A stretch of 63,877 nt of DNA, filler included, from Octopus bimaculoides (Eukaryota): assembly GCF_001194135.2 (NCBI RefSeq). It is 5 parts of 5 records of this genome, joined end to end, with 100 filler letters (N's around TTAATTAATTAA, not from the genome) between each part and the next. Parts side by side here need not be neighbours in the genome. Positions count along the whole stretch, not along the records: positions 1 to 31,062 come from NC_068981.1; positions 31,163 to 47,440 come from NC_068985.1; 3 more parts are not named here. One strand, 5' to 3'. Under the pieces are notes generated by a model. The model had not been told where the DNA came from. It did no database searches and saw only the letters and a program-made list of their open reading frames with translations. Shown here piece after piece: positions 25,401 to 38,125 of this stretch; position 1 is the stretch's first letter, and every line of letters begins with the position of its first letter. Made by a program: the position numbers and the translations under genes.

Positions 25401-25739
25401 TGTAGACACTCTCTAAAGTATTTCCGGTAAACTTTTACCAGGTAAAAGTTTACCGTATTCCTTCCACGCGGAATATTTAAGCTAAGCTTTGAAACCATTG
25501 GAAATAGCTGAAGAACCCAAACAAAAGCCGCAGCATATCGGGTGTAATTCAATATATAACTAGGAGATATATTGGAATAAAATACAATACACCAGTAACA
25601 TATCGTGGTCGCAGAATGAAATATCTTTCACGTGTGATACTGACGGTAAGTGTAAATCCTTTTTTTCCATTTCCGATCTGAAACCTTTGGGAGAAACGGG
25701 TAGAAAGAAATAAGCTGGATTAACAGAAAGTGCGTAAGT

Positions 25740-25777
<38 letters not shown>

Positions 25778-26115
25778 NNNNNNNNNNGTATGTATGTATG
25801 TATAGAACAAAACCGTCACATATCGATTATCGATCGCTTTGTTTACATTTTCGACTCGATTCTTTTCAGCTTTATTTTCCTTACAGACTCACATACAGAA
25901 GTACATAGATACAGAAATAAATAAATAGATACACCGGCTCTTTAAGCTAATTAATACTGGATGGTATAATCTAGTTAACCTAAATTTGCCCCGTACAGCC
26001 GGACATTTGAGAAAAGAAAAAGTAAACTTGTATCAGCTAAACTTTCTTGAATCAATTCTCCGAGCGATTACAGAACCCCTGCTCCCCACTCTCTTCTATC
26101 ATTTTGCTCTCCTCA

Positions 26116-26189
26116 CTTTCCTCGCCTAGAACCCCTTTCCTCGCCTAGAACCCCTTTCCTCGCCTAGAACCCCTTTCCTCGCCTAGAAC
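26116..26189. repeat. 19-bp minisatellite (ctttcctcgcctagaaccc), ~3.9 perfect copies
   Basis: Directly visible; lies 12 nt from a ~780-N gap. Confidence 0.9.
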
Positions 26190-26981
26190 AAGCAATGTTA
26201 ANNNNNNNNNNNNNNNNNNNNNNNNNNNNNNNNNNNNNNNNNNNNNNNNNNNNNNNNNNNNNNNNNNNNNNNNNNNNNNNNNNNNNNNNNNNNNNNNNNN
26301 NNNNNNNNNNNNNNNNNNNNNNNNNNNNNNNNNNNNNNNNNNNNNNNNNNNNNNNNNNNNNNNNNNNNNNNNNNNNNNNNNNNNNNNNNNNNNNNNNNNN
26401 NNNNNNNNNNNNNNNNNNNNNNNNNNNNNNNNNNNNNNNNNNNNNNNNNNNNNNNNNNNNNNNNNNNNNNNNNNNNNNNNNNNNNNNNNNNNNNNNNNNN
26501 NNNNNNNNNNNNNNNNNNNNNNNNNNNNNNNNNNNNNNNNNNNNNNNNNNNNNNNNNNNNNNNNNNNNNNNNNNNNNNNNNNNNNNNNNNNNNNNNNNNN
26601 NNNNNNNNNNNNNNNNNNNNNNNNNNNNNNNNNNNNNNNNNNNNNNNNNNNNNNNNNNNNNNNNNNNNNNNNNNNNNNNNNNNNNNNNNNNNNNNNNNNN
26701 NNNNNNNNNNNNNNNNNNNNNNNNNNNNNNNNNNNNNNNNNNNNNNNNNNNNNNNNNNNNNNNNNNNNNNNNNNNNNNNNNNNNNNNNNNNNNNNNNNNN
26801 NNNNNNNNNNNNNNNNNNNNNNNNNNNNNNNNNNNNNNNNNNNNNNNNNNNNNNNNNNNNNNNNNNNNNNNNNNNNNNNNNNNNNNNNNNNNNNNNNNNN
26901 NNNNNNNNNNNNNNNNNNNNNNNNNNNNNNNNNNNNNNNNNNNNNNNNNNNNNNNNNNNNNNNNNNNNNNNNNNNNNNNNN

Positions 26982-27014
<33 letters not shown>

Positions 27015-27081
27015 GCTAATATATATATATGTGTGTATATTTGTGCATGCACACACACATGCATATGGATATGCATGTATG

Positions 27082-27115
<34 letters not shown>

Positions 27116-28509
27116 TATGGGTGTGTGTGTGTGGGTTTGTAATATATACGAAATTGTCACAAAAATGAACGGCGAAAGCCAATCGTAAATTAAGGATCTA
27201 TAAGACATCGCACTAGGAGAATTGTTAGTACGCCGGACAAAATGTTTCAACGCGTTTCTTCCGGCTTTCGATTCTTAGTTCGAATGCCATGGAGGTCGAC
27301 TTTAAATTTAATCCTGCGGAGTCGATAAAACAAGTGCTAGTCGAGGTAACCCAATAATGCCCACCCCCAATATTCGAGTCCTGTGCATATAAGAGAAAAT
27401 ATAGCTTTCATATGAATTACACACAAATACCCTATATTGCTCAAGAATAATAGGAGAAGTTGTGACATCCATGCCTTTTCCAGTGTTATTAATTAAGAAA
27501 TTTTCCTAGTTAATAAAATTAAATACATATGTTATCCACGAATGATGTGAGAAGCTGTGATGTCCATGCCTTTTCTAAATCTTTTAACATTTCAAAGAAA
27601 CTAAAATGGCCTCGACTAAACGTATCGTACCGATTTTGATTAAGCATATTCCGGTTTTTCTTTTATACACTCGGCCAAATTACGACCAGTGTTAAAGGAA
27701 GAATTTTGTTCCCTGTTCTTCGACTGACATTGAAGATACAATGGAGACCTGCAGTGATATCAACTCAATTATTGTTTCACTATTCAAACACTATTTCTAC
27801 ACGACAATGGATTCTTCAAGTGTTCGCTGTCTATAATTGTCTTGTTATCAAAAGCATCCAATTATAAGCTTGGCGTTAATAAGTAGGCATTTAATATATT
27901 CTATCTTTAAGAGATTTTAATGGAGAAATTGGAACCCGTTAATGTTTGTCAGTTACCTTTACCTTCAGAAAACGTATAATTAAATCGACCAGTGAATGGC
28001 ATCGAGTATGCATGCATGCATTCATACACCAGAAAGTTACACACGTATACATACACATGCATACATGTACACACAAACATGTATGTATGCATGTATGCAT
28101 GTATGTATGTATGTATTTATGCATGCATGTATGTATGTAAGTAACTATGGATGTATGTATGAATGTATATATGCATTCCAAGACAGAGTTTACCGTGAAG
28201 TTTTGCCATTTTTTTTTTTTTGCTTTACAAAAATCGCAAGTGGAACATGATAATTAATGGAAACTCTGAGTAGCGATAGAAGTAAACGCCAGCTTTGAGC
28301 AAATTAATAAAATTACGTACATATATTGAATACATTTCCACTGTTTGCACACACTCGCCTCTACATCTATTCACATCATCTTTCCGTAGCAGACGATCTT
28401 CAACTTCCCTCGCTCCTCATACTTTTCCTCTCCTCTTCCACTGTGCTCTTAGCTTTCCATACGCTTTCTTTGTATTCCCCTTCCACTGTGCTCTTAGTTT
28501 TTCTATACT

Positions 28510-30062
28510 TTCTTTTATCTTTTATCTTTAATGGGTTTCAGCCAGAGGCTGAGGCCATGTTGGTGCACCGCCTTTACTGCATCCGGGGATTTTTTCAGTA
28601 TTGCTTCTGGTGAAGTAGCTAGTTGGACGTTGCCGATTTTCTTTGTACCTCCTCCCACGATGTGAGTTCATCCTGTATTGCAGATAAAAATATTGTCTAG
28701 ACGTTTTTTCTTTTTAAGAATTCCATGTCTACACCTTGCAGATAGATACCTGATGTTCTTTCGAAGGGTATTGAAAGGCTGTGGTCCCTTGAATCCCAAG
28801 CTATTACAATATTCGGTTCGTATACTCGATGGAAAAGATGGGATATTTGGTACTGTGCTGTGCCGTCCAGTTCAGGGCTTGTTGTAGATTTCGATTCCAA
28901 AATTTGGAGCTAGACCCAACGTTACTTTCCATACATATAACACTGCATATCTCTCACGTCTCCTCTCCAGGGAGTAGAGTCTCAATTCCTTCAACCTCGC
29001 CCAGTAGACTGTATGTTTTACTGAGTTTCTCTTCATTGTGTAGTGACGTTAGATCGCTTCTAGTCCCGCAATTAGTTTTACACTCTGTTGGAAGCAGTAG
29101 TCCAGACGACTGAGGACAAAGGTTCTCCTAAGCAGAAGCTTTGTATCTTTGTTCCTGGTCCTGAAGGATCTAAGGATCCGACCTGTCAGTAGGACCTTTG
29201 ACCGCCTGTGATACTTTTCTATCATCGACGTAGATGGTGAGTGTGGCTGACTCTATAGCTTAGGACATGTCCGAGAGAGCCACCACAAACAGTAGTGGTC
29301 CCAGCACTATTCCCTGAGGGACTCCACTGAGGATTGGTGACACTTCAGAGAGAACACCATTTGTTGTGACAGCCTGACTTCTGCCCTTCAGGAAATCAGT
29401 TGGAGTTGCTGCTCCTCCTCAATTTCTACGTTACTGCAATTACCCTCATAGGTGGGTATATTGCGGGTTGCTCTGGGCTTCTCACTTGGGGCATCAGTTT
29501 TTGGTGTTTCGCATGCAAACAATCTTCTCAAGCGAATGGGCATTTTAAAATTTAAAACGGTGTCTAACTTGTCTAGATTTGGTCTGACGAGTTCATAGGA
29601 GTAGCAGAGTTCATTCTGTTTTCGTTCTATCTGCGCCTTGGTCCTATTGAATCCATTATTTTTTCAGGGCTGCAGTAATCAGGTCAATCGGTGGGTCATT
29701 TTCGGCAGCAACCCAAGCCGGAGGAGTAGATTTATTTCTGTGTCCTTCCAGGTTGCCATCTCGACTGTGTAATTACTTTCTTTATGACGTGTGATTGATT
29801 GACGAGTGCAGAGAGAGGGAGAGAGAAAGAGAGAGAGAGGGAGAGTGGGGTCGCGATAGGAATATCACGGGAGCGGGAGGAGTAGGGGAAATGAAGATGA
29901 GAAGAGAGTAGTGCAGAAGAATACACTAGGAGGGAGGCGTGGGAGAGGAGAAGATGGGACGAGAGTAGAGCAGAGAGAGTACACTAGGAGACGGAGGGAG
30001 GTTAGGCAAGGAATATGAGGAGAGCCTCGGGGTCAGCCACATTTAAGTGGCAAATATACTTC

Positions 30063-30065
<3 letters not shown>
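28510..30065 (-). mobile_element. Internally deleted CR1-type LINE: pyrimidine-rich 5' region, Myb/SANT-like ORF remnant, RT C-terminal half, 3' stem-loop tail
   Basis: Minus strand SGVPQGIVLGPLLF, IYVDD, TFVLSRLDYC, RLKELRLYSLERRRERY, GFKGPQPFN. Tail ggcggtgcaccaacatggcctcagcctctggctgaaac..(gataaaa)n. Confidence 0.8.
29401..29759 (-). pseudogene. Myb/SANT-like (trihelix) domain ORF remnant
   Basis: MATWKDTEINLLLRL / WVAAENDPPIDLITAALK / NNGFNRTKAQIERKQNELCYSY after correcting one -1 and one +1 frameshift. Fits W.D.E..LL.LW ... I...L...GF.RT..Q...K...L...Y. Confidence 0.55.
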
Positions 30066-30117
<52 letters not shown>

Positions 30118-30770
30118 CCATTGATTGCAAGAGATAGTCTAGCACAATTGTCGTGCTGTTGACGCATGTGAATGCAGAAACATGTGCCTCTCCTCTTATT
30201 CCCAGACAATAAGTCTGCCCGTTTTCTTAATAGGCTCTTGTTAAATTTGGAGAATTCTTAATTCTTGAGATCGTCACCCATTTTCATATACAACTGTTCT
30301 CAATAACTATTTGGTAATTCTAACACATAATCCAGACGAGAATATCATTTCAATAAATTAAGAAATTACGTTCCATTGTCTTAGACGTGACCTTGAGTTA
30401 TTTCTCTTAGCCCAATTCTGCTTAACTGATGAAAATACCATGCGACGTAAATGTCATTTACTAATTTTGTATATGCCTATGTCGTTTGGTTGACTAGAGA
30501 CATGTTAGGACAATTATCGTACTCATGACGCTTATTAGGGAACAAATATATATCCACGACTGTCCTCTTATTCCAAGGCAGTATGGTTGTCCAATTCATT
30601 AATGGCATGTCATCCTTGAAGAAATACATAATTCTTGAGTTTATCTCCTCAAGTGGAACTGCTCTGAGTTGCCGAGTTGCCGTTTAGTAATCTGGACAGG
30701 TCCCATAGACAAGGATATAATTGTAATGAATAAGATATAATGAATGAGATATAAACAGCAGCAGTACAGA

Positions 30771-31010
30771 ATCGTAACATATGATTGACAACCAAGCGTG
30801 GCGTCCTATACGGGACAGTGCCACTGACGTCTATAGCCTCAGGAAGACATCTGTTCCAACTGGCTAACGACACACATTCTCGCAAATACTAATCAGACAC
30901 AAAATGTGTGTCGTTAGCCAGCTGGGAGAGATGTCTTCCTTGGGCTATAAATGTCAATAGCACTGTCCCGTATAGGACACCACACTTGGTTGGCAATTAT
31001 ATGTTACGAT
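30771..31010. repeat. Long inverted repeat: 108-bp arms, 24-bp spacer
   Basis: Arms 30771-30878 and 30903-31010; by hand count 13 mismatches and no indels. Confidence 0.95.
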
Positions 31011-31011
31011 A

Positions 31012-31062
<51 letters not shown>

Positions 31063-31239
31063 NNNNNNNNNNNNNNNNNNNNNNNNNNNNNNNNNNNNNN
31101 NNNNNNTTAATTAATTAANNNNNNNNNNNNNNNNNNNNNNNNNNNNNNNNNNNNNNNNNNNNATATACAGAGAAAGAAAGAGGGTGAGACTGAGACATTC
31201 ATGTATCATAATCATACTTTATATATACACAGAGTAAGG

Positions 31240-31460
31240 CAATGAGCTGGCTGAACCGTCACTACGCCTGGCAAAATATTTGGCGGCATTTTATTCGACT
31301 TTATGTTCAATGTTCAAATGCTGCCGGGGCTGACTTTGTCTTTCATTCTTTCGGGATCGATTAAATAAGTACCAGTTTAGCACTGGGATCGATGTAATCG
31401 ACTAGCCTAGCCCACTTCCCGAACTTACTGACCTTGTAACAAAATTTGAAACCAATATAT
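31240..31460 (+). mobile_element. SINE family A, degraded
   Basis: gagctggctgaa, gttcaaatgctgccgggg, ctttcgggatcgattaaataagtaccag. Confidence 0.75.
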
Positions 31461-32496
31461 GCGCACCGTAGTTTTTATTCTGGGATAATGCCTTTCATAG
31501 ATGTGATGTTTTAAAAAGAGAATATCAAAGAGGGAGGAAAATTCGCCCTAGCGTCGTCCAGCGAAAAGGCCAGATACAATTCATTCTCTTTGGATTTTTC
31601 CAACGGCGCCTTCTCACAGCGAATCACATGCTCAAGGAGAATTCGCCGTCTCCAACAAAGGAAAAGGTGAATGAAATAATCATTGATGTTGAGAATAGCC
31701 AAACGGCTAGTTACAGATTTGGTCTACTCAGTTGAGCCAGTATAAAATTATAATAGCCATCCATTAAACAGAATTAATATATTCACACTGCTCTACAGGC
31801 TAGTTACTGTGGCATTTGTACTGGGGTAACATCTTCTATGGATGATATAGCAAAAATTCAATACAACATTCACTGATGCTGCAAAGAGCTGGTGGGACGG
31901 ATTTTCGTCTCTGCCTAATATTGATTGTGTTTTTAACACATCTTAATCATAAGAAGTATTATTCCAGGAAAAATACCGCAGTAACTGACATATCAATAGT
32001 GAGTGTATGTTAAGTATAATATATGGCTGGCTATTATAATTTGATATTGGCTCAACTGCGCATATCGCATGCATACATACATACATACATACATACATAA
32101 GTACGTACGCATGTATGTATGTATGTATGTATGTATGTATGTATGTATATATGTATGTATGTATTTTCTTTTACCCTTTAATTACAAGTAAATTTTCATT
32201 AGCCACCCGCTTGGTAGCAAGGTTGTGAAAGAAAGCAATTTGTTTTCTTCATCATCCCCTAAATCTTTAGAATGTCTTTCAAATTTTTATAGCGTCAGAT
32301 ATCGTGATCTCTCCAGATCTCAATTCCATCCATACTTCGCTCCAGATGTGTTGGTATGTGTCTTCTTGCTCCATTAATAACAGGTATGAAGCTGAAAGTG
32401 TGTTGGGTACCTTATCAATTGTACATACATGGCCTCATTCAATGTATGTATGTACGTATGTATAAACGTATGTATGACTGTGTGTGTGCGTGTGTT

Positions 32497-32537
<41 letters not shown>

Positions 32538-33422
32538 CTAATACTAGATTGCAAAACCATGAAAAATTCGCAACAACGAAGAGACTCTTATGCCATCGAT
32601 TGATTTGCTAAAAAACCCTCGCCTCAAATCACATCCAGTTGTCTACAATGTTCAAAACAAGTGGATGAAGTATTCCCTGTTCTAGAATATCTCTAGAACA
32701 GGGGTAGGGAGCTGCCGATAACAGTAACAAAAAAGGCCAAAACAGTCGAATGCGCTTAAGTTAAATGCACGTATGAGAAATCAACATCAAGGGGCCCAGT
32801 ACCTTATATAGAGGTGGGAACATCCAAATAAAATATAATGGATTACACGAAGGACATGTGATATGCAAGCTAAATTGTATTGACGCTAATTTACGATGGG
32901 ATGATGATAGGTTATATATATTAAAAAAACACGCAAAGAAGATACTCTGATTGCTATCCATATCAATAGTCTACTGGAGGTATTAAATAAGACCAGAAGC
33001 ACATGTTCTTTTTTCCAGCTCATAATATTGGATGGTCATGTTTTGTTGCAGTTCTGGTTATGTTAAGGATGTGCTTCTGCCAGCAAAGACCTGCGATGAA
33101 AGATGTTGTTGTTATTGTCGTTGTTTCTATTGTATTTACTCCGGTAGAAGCATGTGCGTTAACTTTTTGTCCTGATTATTTTTGCTTAAATTTACCGTTT
33201 TTTCCCCCACCTTGTTAGATGCCTATTTTACAGAATTTTATTAATATTTGTGAAGGGGCAAGAATTTGCCTTGCCTGAGAGTAGTTTTTTTACGTAATGA
33301 AATCCAAATAATGTTGTATAAATGTGCGCCCTCTGGATTGAACTTGCACGCAAGGTTACTTGGTTAATAAACCTCAAGTATCTAAATATAGATACGCTAG
33401 CCATTAGTGATACGAAGATCAG

Positions 33423-33500
<78 letters not shown>

Positions 33501-35087
33501 AAGACACAACACTGGTGTGCAAAGATCCACAAACATAAAGACACGAGTGTGTAGACACATGAACAGATATACTTAGTTATAATCACGTTGATAAGTTAAG
33601 CGAAATGTTCTGTTACGGTTAGTAACCATTTAATCTTTGCTTAAAATATATCTGTTCTTGATATTGCACATATTTTTTAGTTCTGAAAATATTTTCGATT
33701 GTGATGTAGCTAACCGGAGGCTATGTACAGTAAAACAATATATATTCAATACTGTCTTTGATTATAAATTGATTAAAATTATCACCAAACTATATAAAAA
33801 TGTAATGAAATCAAAGAAAACACCAAAAAAAATCATCTCCCTGAAAACATCAGCAAATAAATGAATAAAACTTATTGAAAACCTTCAAAAGAAGTCAATT
33901 TCTACCACTTATTGGCTTTACACTTCAGAAGAAAGGGCTAGACAAGTAGTGTTGAAGTGAAGCTGGAAATAGCTCTTCACCATTACTGACGTCGACAAAT
34001 GGAACTAGCTTCAAGTACTAAAAGTAGAAAGTTTCGCAGACACATATTTTTTATACATATATATTTCTTTACCGTTATTTTTAAAAATCATTTTTACTTT
34101 TATTTTTATTTTATTTTTTACAACCAGTGCACAATCACTCAATTGTTATTCAAGAGGATTTCTGATGAATAGAATAGAATTCTCTCTAAAATATTTTAAA
34201 GGACTTATGCTATCTGCCTGGAAGACATTTGTTGCAAACTATTCAATATTTCAATAGTTTATTAAATCCGGAGAGTTTTATCATTAAGACTCTTGTTTAG
34301 TTTCATATTGTGTGTGTTTTCATTGACCTCACCAATTTTCTTTTTTCTTTGATTTTTTGTTTTATTTTTATTTTATATCTTTTTTTCTGTAACTGTGTTC
34401 AATGACAGTTCCACCATTCAGAAGAGTGAGCCTAGCTGCATACAGAGCTGATAACAAACCAGCCATTTCTAATTATTTCACTGGGTTAATTACCTTGTTT
34501 ATCTAAACAAGAAAATAATGGTTTTCAAACATTTATTTAATTAATTACTTTCAGTTTAATAAACCAAATGAAAATTAAGTGAATTGCAATTAAATCAGAC
34601 TTATTGTCTCGCTCCCCGTCTTCTTTTCAATATTAAGATATTAAAACGTATGAGAGATGTACGATAGAAAACATATTATTGTTCGGATGCTCAAAATAGC
34701 ACATATATATAACAACAAATATTTACACCGGCGTATCTTTGTCTATATACATAAGAAAATATGTTGGTTGTAATTTAAAGACAATTTATCACATCATTCT
34801 CATATCTGTGAGTATATGACGACGATTAAAATAATGTCTATAATTTAATTGTATGTAGTTCTATCATGTTCTCATTGTTGCTATTTAACCTCAGCTTGCT
34901 AAGATCGAGCTGATTTATAATTAAAGTCGTTTCGTATATCTAAAAATTCTTTATTTAATGAATTCTTCTTTCTTTAAAATGTAGGAAGCCATTTGAAGAA
35001 CTGGTTGTTGTTTCTAGGTGGTTGAGTGACCGCTTACAGATTTCCACTGTTGGTCTTAATTTAGTTGCATATAATGTACGGTGCATA

Positions 35088-35299
35088 AGGCGGCGAACTG
35101 GCAGAATCCTTAGAACGCCAGACGAAATGCTAAGCGGTATTTCGTCTGACGCTACGTTCTGAGTTCAAATTCCGCCGAGGTCGACTTATCCTTTCATCCT
35201 TTCGGGGTCGATAAATTAAGTTGCGTATTAGGGTCTATCTAATCGGCTGCCCCCCTCTCACCCCAAAAAATTTCAGGCTTTGTGCCTATAGTAGAAAGG
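35088..35299 (+). mobile_element. SINE family A, full length with a 17-bp target-site duplication
   Basis: ataatgtacggtgcata at 35071-35087 and 35300-35316. Confidence 0.95.
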
Positions 35300-35816
35300 A
35301 TAATGTACGGTGCATATTACAGTTAGTATATTTTAAATGCCTATATTTATGCTTCTGATGTTGTTGTAGTTGAAGCTGTTAAATCCAACGATGGTAAATT
35401 GGCTGGATCTTTTAAGCGTCCCGGATTCTAGCGGTCTTATTTCAACTTAGAGTATCAGAGAGGAAGTCTTTCACTAGTATACTTTATTCTGAGTTCAAAT
35501 CCCACTATTGAATATTTGGCTGGTAGACTGAATCCATGACTAGATTTAATATAACTGGGTTCGTTATTTCCTATTCACCCACAATACTCGGAAACCGTCT
35601 AAAATGTTATGCTTACTGCCATTCTTCCTGATTAAGAAACCAATTCATTGGCCCTGAAATATCAAATCTATAATTAAATGCATTCCAACCATGCCCATAT
35701 GGCATTTCATTTTATTTTTCCATTTTGTACGTTGGACTACATCATCTAATGCTTTCTAACATTTAAAGATAATTTACACGCTTATACGCTTGCATGCACT
35801 CACGCACACTTGCGCG

Positions 35817-35850
<34 letters not shown>

Positions 35851-35920
35851 TACATACACACACATAAACACACATACGCACACACACAAGCATCTGTGTG
35901 TATGTATAATTTTTATGTAT

Positions 35921-36045
35921 ACTAGTGGGATCCGTGGAAATTCCACGGAATGGAAAAAATTAAAAGGACCTATTTAAGAAACAAAAGATCATTTGCATTT
36001 TTATAACGGGCGAACGAACAAGCAGATTATTATACAGATTATTAT
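35921..36045 (+). mobile_element. Short Helitron/Helentron-like non-autonomous element
   Basis: Starts (t)actag, immediately followed by the hairpin tccgtggaa-a-ttccacgga (35931-35949); ends in attatacagat-like repeats. Confidence 0.4.
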
Positions 36046-36047
36046 AC

Positions 36048-36150
36048 GTGAAATAAAGTGTCTTGCTCAAGGACATAACGCGTCGCTGGGAATCGAACTC
36101 ACGACCTTATGATCACGAGCCGAATGCCCTAACCACCAAGTCACGCTCAC
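36048..36150 (-). mobile_element. SINE family C head
   Basis: aaagtgtcttgctcaaggacataacgcg..gggaatcgaactcacgacc is a reversed CORE-like block plus B box. Confidence 0.75.
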
Positions 36151-36188
36151 ATACACATATGGGTATATACTTACGTATTTGTGTCACC

Positions 36189-36277
<89 letters not shown>

Positions 36278-37184
36278 AAATGTCATAAAGTTTGTCAAAA
36301 TTAGCTCCAAAATTTGAAACCAACTTTAGGAATTTAGATGTAATTTGATGCAAAAAAAGTATCGTCTCATTTTATTCATTATTCATATTTAGTTTCGTGA
36401 AAGCTTTGATGATGAATTACTTTTGACCATATGTTGCTGACGCTACCTTTCACAGTCTTATTTTTCTTAGATATTGTTTTTGAATACTTTATATAATATA
36501 ACATAACTTTTACTTTTAAGATAAGAAAGTGCTGTTTCTATTTCTAGCAAGTTGAGCAGTCACATAGAGGATTCCTCGTTCGATTGCTATAAACGGAAGA
36601 TCATTCTCATATTATCTTCACGTCTTATACTGTTGGATGAATTTGTCGAATGTTAAATTATTTCACTAATATTCATAGCGTTTCCCTACAAATTTGCAAC
36701 AGTTTCTATCTATTTCTAACGCACACCACTTAATCCAACCTGTCGTATGTAGAAAGGATTTGCTTCGTCAGACACCTTTCTTGATGTCATCCAATCTAAC
36801 ATTTATATAATAATTAGAATTCTACTGTTGATGAATGTTCATTCTAAATTAAATTCAATCATAGCTGTTTTCGCTCATCCTCTTCAATTTCAACTATTCA
36901 TAAGTAATTAAGTATTTTCTCTGGTTCCGTACGTAATATATAATTACATATTGATATATACGGCCACTCAAGGTTTTTGTGTAGATCAAATTACTCCAAA
37001 GTTCTTTCGGTAAATTCTGTAACATTTTATATTCATACGCCTACAGCTGACCTATGTTAGTTTGTTATTTACATTGTAGTAAAATTTTGATAGTATTCGC
37101 CTCGGCCTTTTCGAAATTAAGTGATCAGTCATTCATTGCCATTTCATAGATACGATTCATGGTTTAAAATACATATAGATTTCA

Positions 37185-37385
37185 AATTTTGGCACAAGGC
37201 CAGAAATTTTAGGGTAGGAGCAATGTCAATTAAATCAGCACCACTGTTCGACTATTACTTATTTTATCGACCCCGGTGGGATAAAAGGCAAAGTCAACAC
37301 CGGCGGAATGCGAACTCAGGACGTAAAGACGGACGAAATGCCAATAAGTATTCTGCCCAGTGTGCTACCTATTCTGCCATGAGAA
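37185..37385 (-). mobile_element. SINE family A
   Basis: ggcacaaggcc...aaaggcaaagtcaac...gaactcag...gacggacgaaatgcc. Confidence 0.8.
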
Positions 37386-37729
37386 GGACAATGTAATTAA
37401 TTTGTAAACTTTATGCAATAGTTCAACCTGATGTACAGTCTTTTAAAAGAGACACACCAGATATGGATAATGAACGCCAAGTTGCATTGTTGGAGAAAAG
37501 ATGTGATTATAATGGTTGGAACGTTGATTATTATTGTTAGAACGTTGTCGGGGTCAGGTCTAACATCAGGTAACAACAACAACAAGAACAACGAGAAAAA
37601 TCATCACCAAATTTTGCCGTCGTTATTGTGTCTCTCCCACCAAATTCTGCACAATATTCAAGCAGCCATTTCTACTCAATATTTCGCCTTCTATAGCGAC
37701 TGTATATCACATCTAATAAACTCACTTCG

Positions 37730-38125
37730 TGACCTTTTATCTTTTATTTTTGACTTGTTTCAGTCATTACACTGCTGCCATGCTGGGACTCCGACTTCGA
37801 GAGGATTTTAATCGAATGAATCAACCCGAGGTCTATATTTTAAGCCTGCTACTTATTCTATCACTAAGTTGCGTGGTTTTAAACACACCAGTATCGGTTG
37901 TCATGCGGTTGTTGGAAAAAAACACAGACACAAAGCACCCCACGCGCGTGTGCGCGCGCACACACACATATATATATGCATACACATATATACGATGGGC
38001 TTCTTTTAGTTTCCGTCTATCAAATCCACTCACAGAGATTTGGTCAGTCCGAAGCTATAGTAGAAGATGCTTGCCCAAGGTGCCATGTGGTTGGGAAGCA
38101 AGATTCTTACCGCACAGGCACGCCT
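37730..38125 (-). mobile_element. SINE family B
   Basis: Reverse tail ttgtttcagtcatt..gccatgctgg and reverse head gcttgcccaaggtgccatg. Confidence 0.8.

Noticed and set aside
31107-31118. TTAATTAATTAA islands inside N runs (also 47485-47496, 56591-56602, 62618-62629)
   Set aside because: Each sits in a 100-bp 44N+12+44N spacer with stops in all six frames. This is a synthetic scaffolding linker, and distances across these joins are unreliable.
37455-37570. PDMDNERQVALLE..GWNV..VGVR, possible further RLE nuclease remnant next to (AAC)n
   Set aside because: Short, deleted and frameshifted; resemblance by eye only.
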